Below are positions 23,452 through 34,619 of a DNA stretch of 64,000 nucleotides, in pieces. This DNA comes from Selaginella moellendorffii (Eukaryota; Plantae; Lycopodiophyta): assembly GCF_000143415.4 (NCBI RefSeq), contig NW_003314272.1, positions 2,629,728-2,693,727 of the forward strand, read 5' to 3'. How positions within the stretch are numbered: position 1 is the stretch's first letter; each line of letters starts with the position of its first letter. A program made the position numbers and the translations under genes. The notes under the pieces are model-generated. The model searched no databases and was not told where the DNA came from. It was given only the letters and a program-made list of their open reading frames with translations.

Positions 23452-23925
23452 CAGACTCGAACTCGGACTCGGACTCGGACTCGGACTCGGACTCGGACTC
23501 GGACTCGGGCTCGGGCTCGGGCTCGGTCTCAGCCTTGGCCTCAGTCTCGGTCTCGGTCCCGGTCTCGGTCCCGGTCTCGGTCTCGGTCCCGGTCTCGGTC
23601 CCGGTCTCGGTCTCGACCTCGGACTCTGTCTCGGTCCATCTCGGACTCCATCTCGGACTCCATCTCGGACTCCGTCTCGGTCCATCTCGGACTCCATCTC
23701 GGGTCCATCTCGGACTCCGTCTCGGTCCACCTCGGACTCCATCTCAGACTCCATCTCGGGTCCATCTCGGACTCCATCTCGGACTCCATCTCGGTCCAGC
23801 TCGGACTCCATCTTGGGTCCATCTCGGACTCCATCTCAGACTCCACTTCGGAGTCCATATCGGACACCACTTCAGGTCCATCTCGGACTCCAACTAGGGT
23901 CCGTCTCGGACTCCATCTCGGACAC
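23452..23925. repeat. Compound 6-mer (GGACTC/GGTCTC/GGTCCC) and 10-12-mer (GGACTCCATCTC) tandem array within the LTR; also at ~28973-29446, 38350-38900 and 44246-44872
   Basis: Directly visible in all four LTRs. Confidence 0.95.
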
Positions 23926-25670
23926 TTCCACGTGTTATGTGTTGGTCCTTTTTGGGTCCCGTTTTGGAGCCTCGCTTATTGCTCGCTTCGTGCTCGCTCC
24001 TTGAGCACTTTGTTGGGAGTTCCACTCCCGCTCTTGACCTTCCAAGTCAGAGCTTTTAGCCCAAACGTGTTACACTCGTTTGGGCTTTCGCTTCGGCCAC
24101 TACCACGTGGCACCCTTTCCAGCTCCACTTTGGGGCCTAGGGATTTTGTGTCTCACAACTCCACCACCCATAGACGAAGTTCAATGTCCTCATCGAACGG
24201 TAAACCATTTTATAAAGTAACACCCGCATGTGTTACCATTCCCATCCTTGGCACCTAGCCAATATTTGTGAATGGTTTGACATTGAAGGCTCACCATGCC
24301 TTCTCCATATTCATCAATGGTTTGACACCAAAGGCTCACCATGCCTTGCCCATCCTCTAAAGAGGATAGTCTCTCCAACTTAGAGACTCACTTGACCACC
24401 TAGGGTGGTTTGCTCCTTTTTATTGGTTCAGTTCTCGCCAAACCCGTTAGAGACACCCTCTCTAACTCAATTCCACTACTCATTCTTGAGTAGTCACAGA
24501 TTCCATCGATCTACCTTTGCACTTTGGAACATTTACTCTTGACTTTTTGGAGTCAATTTCCTAGGTGTCTCTGACACTTTGCCTTGCACATTTTGTGCAA
24601 CTCCACTTCCCCTCCTAGGAAGTTCTCTACTCAAGGGCACCCTCATCCTCTTTTCTATTTTTGTGCCACCATTGGCATTACGTTCCATTTATCATTATTT
24701 GTGCTAGGGCTGTCCACGGCCCTATCTTTTGGCTACTTTGCCACTCCTCACTTGGAGCTTTTACTTCGCCAAATCGGAGCACTTGGGAATCTATCCTTGG
24801 AAGTCCACTTCCCTTCCCACAATCCGTTAGCACCTAACATGTTAGTGTTCTTGGCCTAACTTTGCCATTTGGTTTCTTTCCCATGATTCCCATGGCTCTT
24901 TTCTTAGCCATTAGTCTTTTGCTCCTATCCTTGATTGTTGTACTTAACAACATCAGATCATTACCTCCATTCTCGAGGTATCCTCTTGATTCCATAGCAA
25001 AGACTTTACTTTGCCAAGTCCAAAGGGTGCTCACCCCTAGTACGTCACTTTAGCACTTCCTGCTGTGGGCTCTATCCATGGCCCAACTTTTGAGACCCTC
25101 CCTTGGATCTTTCATAGAGGCCACTTTCCTCGGACTTACTATGCCATAGCCGTGACATAGCTCATTTCCCATAGGTGCTCTTCCCACTTGGTCACCTTGA
25201 CCAAGCCACACCATTATCAGTAGTTCAAATCAACACTTTGAATTAGGAATCATATCCTTTAACCCAAACAAAGACCTTGTCCTTGTTTAGCCACAAGATC
25301 ACCTAGTGATCTCATCTTGACCCCTTAATAGGTCTACCAATAAGGACTAGGTCTTCTAGACCTTACTAAGTTGTTGACTATGACCCCGGGGGCATCCCCC
25401 ACACTTGGCGGTGCGCCCAAGCCAGCCCTTCCAGCCAAGGATCCATAGCAACTGAGACTGGGTGTCCCCATCTCATTCACCACGTCCTTGGTGCCCTTTG
25501 CACCAAAGTGTTCAAGTTAGATATGCCGAGCTTTCACTCTAAGCAATCTAACTGTGTATCATGACTCCGAGGCATCCCTCGCTTGGCGGTGTGCCCAAAC
25601 CAGTCTCCACACTGAGAGTCCATGACCACCGAAAAATGAGTGTCCTCATATTCCAAACCATCACCACGCC

Positions 25671-25784
25671 CTAGTGAGTTGGGACTCGAACCCAAGCACT
25701 AGAGGGTCGGGACTCGAACCCAACCTCCGTATATGCATCTACGGACGGCATCACCCAGGATGCCTGGCGTGACTCCCCACGCCG
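25671..25784 (-). other. Array of five consecutive hairpins, two with tRNA T-arm / Pol III B-box loops (second copy at 40647-40760)
   Basis: Minus strand: CTAGTGC-TTGGG-TTCGAGT-CCCAA-CT-CACTAG and GAGG-TTGGG-TTCGAGT-CCCGA-CCCTC, plus stems TCCGTA/TACGGA, GGCATC/GATGCC and GGCGTG/CACGCC. Confidence 0.7.
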
Positions 25785-28700
25785 GTGCACCAATTTATAC
25801 TCAAAGCGCGCTATAGATCACAACTTAGGAACCTAGTTCCTCCACATTGCCAAGTCCTCTCACTTGACAAGTCTGTGATCATGCATGGACTCCTCCATGC
25901 TTGGCCCCATGGCCCACCCCTTTTGAAGTTATCACCTTCAACTAGGGTATTTGTTCCCCTGACTTGCCAATCTCGCTTTGGCAAGCCCTCCGACCACTGT
26001 AACATGGTTCCTGCACAAGCGTGAAAGCCCTTGATCATCGACTTTCATTCAAAGCCCTCTCTTTAAACACTCGGGAACTACTTCCCTAACCTTGATAGCC
26101 TTGCCTCATGGCAAGCTTCAAGACCACGCTTCTGCTGCGCCACTCTGATTTTGCGCGTGCTTTGAACCATTTACACTTGGCCTTTCTAGGTATTAGGCTA
26201 CCTAGAATCATCTTTGGGAACCTTGAAGGAACCCTGTCCTTTAGCTTGCTAAGGCCTCCCTTTTTGCAAGCTTTCCAATTACTATATAGTCTAACATGGA
26301 CAATTCCATATTTTAGACTCTCCATGGCATCATGGTGGCTAGTGGCAACACCCTCGAGCCCCCACTTGATTCTCCACTCCCAGCTGGCATAACTACCCTT
26401 GGTTATGCCCTTCGATTCCTATGGTTTGGTTCTATCCCCTTACTACTTGCTTTTGGCTTCACACCTTTCCTTCGGTCATTCTCCTCCCGACTAAGAGGAT
26501 AGCTTTGCACTTTCTATCATGCCTTAGCAAGTATTCTTAGGAACGAACCTACCCAATAGCCTAGGGAGTGGTTCCTCAATCTAGGTATGCTCACCCTATA
26601 ATCCCACACACCGGGATTACGTTGTTGGTTATGGGCCCTTACATGCCCATCACTAGCCTTGCCAAAATTCCATTTTTGACTTTGTCCAATTCGAGTAGAC
26701 AGTCTTCTCCTGTCTCTGCCACCTTGGACATTTGGATAGCACTTTCTATCCATCATTCGCTAGAGACTTAGTCCCTTGGGCCTCATCTATTGCCCTCGTG
26801 ACATCAAACACCACCTCCTGGTGTTCTAGAGTGTTCAGGTGTCCCAATGATGGCTTCCTTGACAATGAGTATTTCCTTTTATGACATTGACTTACTATAT
26901 CGCAACATAAGCAACTTATCCCCCGTAAGGGTATATCCAACTTCCCTATACCATTAAGAAGGCTTGGGTAGTTACCTTTTACCCGCTTAACTAATTATTT
27001 TGCATCTCTCGCTTAGTTGCTTCATAGTTGTGAAGTCCTACAACTCATTGTTGGTGCTTCCACACCTCCACCATTATCTGGGTCACCACACTCCAACTGC
27101 ATGCTCTGCAACTTAGGTTATGCCATTCCCATTTCCATTGGGATTCCCTTGGCAAGGGGTTCTCATGAACCCACCAACATAGCCTCAAGGTATCACACCT
27201 TGGCACCTTTGGTGTCTCCACACCATCGGCTCCACGAGCCTACCTCTATGACACTTATTCTTTGTGTCTAAGTCTTTGCTAAGACCAATACCGCTCTTTC
27301 TTATGCCAACCATCCGTTAGCACTGCACCATAGAGGTCACACACAACTTTGTATCAAAGTTGTTTTCTTTTTGGGAACACCCTTCCCACGACTTTAGCAT
27401 GGCACATTTTGCCATCGATGAGATACCCTCTGTTCTTATCCTTGGATCCTATGATCCCCCCCATCCTTTGTGGGGTACCACACACTTCAGTCCAAATGCT
27501 TCCATTAGTCTTTTAGGACCATTCCTTGACTCTACTTGAGTCATCCAGCAGTTTTGGACTTGGTTAATCCATAGACCCGTAAAGTCCTACTTGTCGGGCA
27601 CTAGCTCACTGGAATACACTTCTTGCATTCATGTCCTCACTCACAAGGACTATTTTCACAAGTGTTACTCTGACACTTGATTTTGTTCTCTAGGGCAACC
27701 TTTGCCCCTTAGGACTACTTGTTCATGTGATGAGAGTTCCAACTCATCTCTAAGTACACCCCCCAACTCCTTGGGTTGTTCCAGCATTTATTAAAGGTAG
27801 CTCTGGCTACCATTTCAAGGACTAGAGTCCTCTTCCGTATTTGACCTCCCACGGTCATTACTTCTGGTCTCACATTCATGAGCACCAACCTCAACTATAT
27901 GAGGATAATCTTGTGACTCCTTTATTGCTTTGGAGTCTTTATCTTTCCCGTGATCCCAACTATAGTTGTTTACCACAACTACATTAGCCAGTTTGCTAAG
28001 TCAAATGCTCATCTGGATCACATCCTCAACTCTCTAAGGAAAACCATATACTGTTCCCAAGATCCCAAAGTCGTTCCCTTACTGGCCCCTTTTATATCCA
28101 CCACATCGTGCCCAAGTTCATGCATGAACTCGAGTGGAGAGCCATGTCCTCTGGACGTGCTACTCCTCAAGGATAGGCCCACTCCTAGGACCTTCCGATG
28201 CCAATATCAATGGTGATATACTTGAGCACCAATAAAAGTCAGACTAAGGAACAGCTCCGATACCAAGTTGTAAGCGACTAAATTTTCCATTCTACTTTAG
28301 TCACTTAACCACACCTCCGACCACTTGGAGGAGTCTCATTCACAACCTCCATCAGTCCAATTCAGGACTTGGGACTTGCTAGCGCCAAGAATGGCATCCA
28401 TGCCACTCAACACTTGCACTTGGCACTGGATCGAGGCCCGCAGGCCCGACCACTAAGTCCTATGGTCCTCTGGGACTTCCTCACCACATGACTGTGTCCT
28501 TGGTCACTACCCCAGAGGACTGCTCCTCTTCCTTTCCACAGGCTAGGCCTTTGGGACAACATTTCGGAACACCGTGGCCTTACGCGAGCCACCTGGGTAC
28601 TCTCCCCGCCTTTCGCCTTTAGGTGCTCTAGCCATGGGCTTAGAGTGAGGTTCCATTGAGCCACGCCTGGTATCCAAGTAGGTAGTGCCACCCACACTTG

Positions 28701-29929
28701 GACTGGGAGCATCGGCCAGTCGATCTCCCGGGGGAACTAGAGCCGGCTCTTGAACACTTCACCAAGCTACCCCGCTTGTCGGTCCGTATTCACTCTAGTC
28801 TTGGACTTCCCAGTGGTCAGTTCATCACCCAACACTGGGTCTGGCCTTCCTGGGCCAAACTGGCCTTTCCTGGCCAAATTGGCTCCACTGCAGTCCTCCC
28901 CCTTACTATACTTTTGGAGCTCACCAAACCCCCCAGGGTCTGGGAGACGAACGCTTTGGGCTTTCACCCTCTCAGACTCGAACTCGGACTCGGACTCGGA
29001 CTCGGACTCGGACTCGGACTCGGACTCGGGCTTGGGCTCGGGCTCGGTCTCAGCCTTGGCCTCAGTCTCGGTCTCGGTCCTGGTCTCGGTCTCGGTCCCG
29101 GTCTCGGTCCCGGTCTCGGTCTCGACCTCGGACTCCATCTCGGGTCCTTCTTGGACTCCATCTCGGACTCCATCTCGGACTCCGTCTCGGTCCATCTCGG
29201 ACTCCATCTCGGGTCCATCTCGGACTCCGTCTCGGTCCACCTCGGACTCCATCTCAGACTCCATCTCGGGTCCATCTCGGACTCCATCTCGGACTCCATC
29301 TCGGACTCCATCTCGGTCCAGCTCGGACTCCATCTCGGGTCCATCTCGGACTCCATCTCAGACTCCACTTCGGAGTCCATATCGGACTCCACTTCAGGTC
29401 CATCTCGGACTCCAACTAGGGTCCGTCTTGGACTCCATCTCGGACACTTCCACGTGTTATGTGTTGGTCCTTTTTGGGTCCCGTTTTGGAGCCTCGCTTA
29501 TTGCTCGCTTCGTGCTCGCTCCTTGAGCACTTTGTTGGGAGTTCCACTCCCGCTCTTGACCTTCCAAGTCAGAGCTTTTAGTCCAAACGTGTTACACTCG
29601 TTTGGGCTTTCGCTTCGGCCACTACCATGTGGCACCCTTTCCAGCTCCACTTTGGGGCCTAGGGATTTTGTGTCTCACATTCTCATGTTTCTGATGAGCC
29701 TGTTATTCTAGCATCTGTGGATTTTCTAGACGAGGATTCTGTGCCATCGGCGGTTGATGTACTTGACGTTTAGTGTCCACAAAGTGCAGAGCAAGATCTG
29801 CCTTTTCTTGATGAGGTTCGCGAGGCTCAAAAGATTGAGCCATGGATTCGAAGGTTTCGAGATGCATTTGAGAATCCTACATCACTTGCTAATGACTTGC
29901 TTTTCCAGCATTTACATTCTCAATATCAC

Positions 29930-31075
29930 TTTGAAGATGGCTTTCTTTATTTTGTGGGGATGGATCCTGATGATCATTTACGGCTGGTGGTGCCTTCTGT
30001 CTTTATTTCTGCGGTTTCTCCATGCCTACCATAATTCTCCTATTCTAGGTTGGCATATAAGGCATCGTTGTGTGACTAAGAAGCTGCACAAGTCTTTCTA
30101 TTAGCCGGAGATGTGACGTGATGTTATCCGGTATGTGCGTAACTGCATTTGGTGCCAAGCTCTTAATATTCCCCCTTGTGCTGTGGAAGGATGGTTGGAG
30201 TTAATTGTAGTTTCCCATTTGTTTGAGTTGGTGGCATTTGATCTTATTGGACCTTTTCCACGGTCGATTGTTGGCAATGAGTATGTTATTATTGTTTTTG
30301 ACTATTTGACTCGTTGGGTGGAAGTTGGTGCTCTTGCTAGCACCTTTGCAACTGCTATTAGATACTTCCTTCTCAATCGAGTGGTGTTCCAACATTTTTG
30401 TCCAGAGCGGATTCTTTTGGATAATGGTCTTGCATTTATGGTTGAGGCATTTCATGTTTTGACATCTCGGTTGGGGATATGCCATATTTTCACGAGTGCT
30501 TATCATCCACAATTAGACAATCTGGTGGAACGGCTCATTTGGACATTCAAAGGGATGATTGCGAAGTATGTGAACTTTCAGCATTCGGATTGGGATGGTT
30601 ATTTGCCGTCTCTTCAGTATGCCTATGTCACAAGGGTGCAGAGTTTTGTTGGTGCTTCACTATATAAACTTCTATATGGTCATGATCCAATATTACTAAC
30701 AGAGCTGGGTTTACCTTTGCGATTGCCATGAGCTCCCGATGCTAGGTCGTGGGATCAATATTTGACGAGCATTCTTCCACTTGTCTGAGTAGAGTCTGCC
30801 GAACACTTAGGCCATGTACAAGTGGGACAACAACAACGCTACAACTCCCATCATCGTCCACTTGCGGAGTACAAAGTGGATGATTTGGTATTAGTTCGTT
30901 TTCCCCATCTTATGGTATGTGGTTTATTTAAGGGGCTCCTTGTGCAGTGGGAAGGACCGTATCGGGTGTTATGGCAAGTTGGACTGCAAGTTTATGAGGT
31001 TCGGCATGATGTCCAGCAGGCTGATCCTCTGGAGATTGTGCATGTGTAGCAGTTGAAATGTTTCATACAAAAGGA
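29930..31075 (+). pseudogene. Integrase (H2C2 + rve core + GPY motif) of the host Gypsy element
   Basis: YHNSP..H..RNCIWCQ; FELVAFDLIGPFP..DYLTRWVE..ILLDNG..TSAYHPQ..VER; WEGPYRV. Confidence 0.9.
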
Positions 31076-31683
31076 TCAGGAGCAGTTAATACCATCTATA
31101 GATCCACCGATGCCTCCTCCTGATGTTCCTCCAGATCCTGGCCCGTCTATAAGAGAACCCTAACGACCTTCCATTATGTAGCGCATGTGATCATGGGATG
31201 AGATTTGGATATATTGTCACCGTGGATCCTTGGAACCTTGGGGGATAAATGGGGATAGATTAGCAATTAAGGGCTCTCTCACTAAGCAATTGCCCCTTTT
31301 CTAGTTGGCTTAAGGGGAGAGAGATAGGGTGTGCTATATATTATTCTGAAAGGAAGGGATGATGTGAAGGCCAAGTGTACGGCTACGATGCCATATACTA
31401 ATATCAGTGTAGTGGGATTTTGGTAGCTGTCGGATTGGTTTCAATCCGGACCTCTCGCTTCTGTATATAAGCTAGGATTTTTTGGGTTAATTGACATGCA
31501 CATTTTCTATATTCCCTTTCCATATTCCAAGCACTCACATATTTTATATATAATAAATTTACATTAAATTTTTTTTTCCTTCCAAATGGTTATATGGCCT
31601 TATATAGAATTTTATTTCAAATTTTTAAAATTTAGACAAATCTGACATTTACTAGCTAAAAAGTACAAATTACAAATTTCAAA

Positions 31684-31920
31684 AAGTGATAAGGATACTT
31701 TTTCTGCAAACATTTTATTTTTTGTTTTAACCAACATCCTTATTATGGCATCCCAAATAATGAATATTTAAATTATTAGAACAAAATGTATTATATAATG
31801 TCTAGAGAGTTATTAAATTATTAAGTTTGAGATAAACATAATATTTTAAATTTTATAATGGTTGTATTAAACTACAATTGAAACTTGAGCTCAACTCATG
31901 AACTCAACTCTTCAATTTAG
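31684..31920. repeat. ~250-bp inverted repeat pair with 36592-36854 (possible long TIRs)
   Basis: AAGTGATAAGGATACTTT.TCTGCAAACAT and TATTAAACTAC.ATTGAAACTTG..GAACTCAACTCTTCAA match the reverse complement at 36592-36854. Confidence 0.75.
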
Positions 31921-33095
31921 GTAAAGTTGAGGGGGAGTATTATCCTCTTTGATAGGATGGCACTAAACAAATATGGACTATTTTTGAAATAATCTAGTGA
32001 ATTCATTAAATTACTTATGTTATTGCTTTTATTAAGAACAAAAATTAAAAATCTTAATCACAATATTTTAATATATTTATTTTTAATTTGTTAGAATATA
32101 CAATTACCATTTTTAAATTTTCATAGAATTTCTATAGAAATGTATATAGATTATCTTTTATTAATTTTATCATATTTTCTTGCAAATATATTTTTTTAAT
32201 TAATCAATTTATATATTTATGTTCTCATTGTTATAGTAGTTATGGGTTAAAATTTTTACTGTACTTAAATATTTATATGAAAATTTCATTAATTTCTTGA
32301 TTCAAAATTTCTTCAATTTTGTAAACAAGCATATAGTAAATGTAGGGCATTCATGAAGTTGAGTGATATATATATGAAAAAAACTTGTGTCTTTACAGAT
32401 TTCCTTTCTGCCTTTAGTTTTCAAAATTGTTTTATTTTTAATATAATAGTCACACCTTTTGGTTTGATACCATTATGTGTATTATTTTGCATAAGAAGTA
32501 ATTTTGATATTATGAGATATCATAAGTAATTCTTATCTTTACATGGAAAAATATATTTTTGTATATTTGGAAGTTTTTAAGTTGGAGCTTAAAATCTTGA
32601 GTTTTTAGTTGAAATTTTTTGGAATATTCTTCATCTTCAATATTAGGTTTTGCAACAATATGACACATTATCTTGAATTTCATAAGGAATTCTTAAGAAA
32701 ATATATAACTTACTTTTTCTGACATTTCTTTTACTCTGCCTATCAATATTACTATATAAATCATAAATCTCAATTACAAATTTATGTAAACATAAAATAA
32801 ATGAAAAAAAATATAACTTTTAATCCCAGCAGAAGATTATAGGAAAGGATTTGGCTTTGCACAATACTAACATAAGTGAAGATGCAATTTTGTGTAAAGT
32901 CAAAAGACAAAGTATGATAAAAGGAATATGCTAAATCTCATCTTGAATGCATAATAAAAATATGCCATTGATTATTTTGTGCACTCATGCAATTTTCTTA
33001 ACTTCAAAAGTCTGAGTCAAAATCTTAAATGAAATTTCTTGATTTGTATCAAAAAAAGTATTAACTTTCCCATTTATTTTACCCAAGTAATACAT

Positions 33096-34225
33096 TTTAA
33101 GGAACCAACTCCCTGACTCGTCAAAGGTTAAAGGATCCCCGAAGGCACGACCGAAATGATAAAAAATTCATCGGATGGGACCGAGTCTGAGATCGAGTCC
33201 AAGACCAACTTTGAGACCAAGTTCGAGACAGAGTCTGGGATTGAGTCTGAGGCCAACTCCAAAACCTAGTTCGAGACCGAGTTCGAGATTGAGTCTGAGA
33301 TCTGAAATTGGGTTTGAGACCAAGTTCAAGGTCAAGTCCAAGACAGAGTCCGAGATTGAGTCCAAGGCCGAATCCGAGGTCAGGTCTAAGACCGAGTCTA
33401 AGGTGGTGTCCGAGATCGAGTTTGAGACCGAATCCAAATATTAATACAGATAGAGGGGGTGAAAGCCCAAAGCATGTGTCTCCCATAGGGGAGGGGGGCT
33501 GCAGGGGGTTCCAAAAGTATAATAGCGATAATGAGGTTTAGGAATTAGTTTTAAAAGAAACCTTCAATGGTGCTTCTAAACTAACTCAAGGTTGAGATTA
33601 GGGTTGAGGGGCTTTGGATGAGAGTGAGCATGGACTTAGGTGGTGCCGGAAGGGCCACCCAAGGAAGTGTTCAAAAGCAACTCTCACTCCCGGAAGGGAA
33701 ACCGGCTGCAATTCTTCTGGCTTATATAGAGTGGTGACCCACTTGAATATTTTGCAGCTCATTGGTCCTTGCCCCTTTTTAGGGGCTTGGGCCTTCCCTT
33801 TGGGATGGTAATGGGGGAGTAGAGGTACTTATACTAGGTTGTTAGGCCACAGTGTTTCCCCTCGATGTCCCGAAGCAAGTGTTGCACCCAAGGCTTGGTA
33901 TTTAGAAGGTCCTATGATCAAGTCTTGTTATACTAAGGGATGTAGAGGTTTGGTGTGTTTGGCTACTTATGCTTGCAAGGACTGTAGCCAAACCTTAAGT
34001 CCAGTCTCACTTGGGGAAGGGGATTGAGAATGATATGGGAATCTGTGAATGGATGGCTAACATTTCGTTGTTTGTGTAGTGAGTTGTTGAAACTAAGTAG
34101 AACCAAGTAAAAGCTAGTAGAATAAGTGGGAACCTTGGCAAGGGAATTTATCTAAGGCCAATGTCGTGGTGGTTGGATAAATGAGGTAAGCTAGCAAATT
34201 CGAAAGGAAAAATTTATGGCTTATA
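33096..34225 (+). mobile_element. Solo LTR of a family related to the LARD-like element
   Basis: TSD TACAT (33091-33095 and 34226-34230); degenerate GAGTCC/GAGACC array; GGGTGAAAGCCCAAAGC..CCAAAAGTATA motif; end GGAAAAATTTATGGCTTATA matches the LARD LTR end. It interrupts the AT-rich inverted repeat. Confidence 0.85.
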
Positions 34226-34619
34226 TACATAATTATAAACTGAAAATAGATAGTGATTTAGGACACTATTGAGGATGTGTGTCAAATAGAAATATTGGAA
34301 GTTTTTATAATCACTAATTATATGGAGAGAAACTTTAAGAAAAATGATACCAAAATTAAAAAGGGTTTATAATTATAAACAACTCTTTGTTAAAGGAATC
34401 ATAATTGATCTTTGCTACTATATACTTTTGAGAGTGGCAAGAAACTAGGTGAAATGCATTATTTTGTTTATTCTATAATAAAAGAAAGTAAAATCTAAAG
34501 CAACTAACTCAACAGAACATAATTTTGTATTCCTTGAATATATGAGAATTGAAGCAAAAGTGAATATAAACTTTAGAAGATCAAAAGAAGTCTAGGTGAA
34601 AAACTATTTCTATACAATA

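Larger units (their letters stand above)
22455..29679 (-). mobile_element. Non-autonomous long-LTR (LARD-like) retroelement, copy 1
   Basis: LTRs at 22455-24157 and 28269-29679; 5-bp TSD TTCTC; PBS TGGTATCGGAGC (tRNA-iMet type) at 28254-28265 on the minus strand; PPT-like tract at 24158-24170. The 4.1-kb interior has no intact gag/pol ORF. Confidence 0.92.
21282..31539 (+). mobile_element. Internally deleted Ty3/Gypsy LTR retrotransposon, host of a nested insertion
   Basis: ~175-bp LTRs at 21282-21456 and 31363-31539; TSD TATT; PBS-like TTGTGGAGGTGAGGGG (tRNA-Ala-like); PPT GAAAGGAAGGGATGA. Gag is followed directly by the RNaseH end (ANALSR), then integrase. Confidence 0.88.

Noticed and set aside
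23452-23925. CRISPR-like appearance of the short repeats
   Set aside because: No unique spacers, no cas genes and a eukaryotic context.
23177-24004. Long ORFs in several frames across the LTR arrays (also at 28698, 38075, 43971 and 44023)
   Set aside because: The starts checked are TTG, the products are low-complexity (LG/SD/PSRT), the repeat units lack stops, and frames shift between LTR copies.
25671-25727. tRNA gene
   Set aside because: Only T-arm-like hairpins; no D-arm, anticodon arm or acceptor stem in cloverleaf order.
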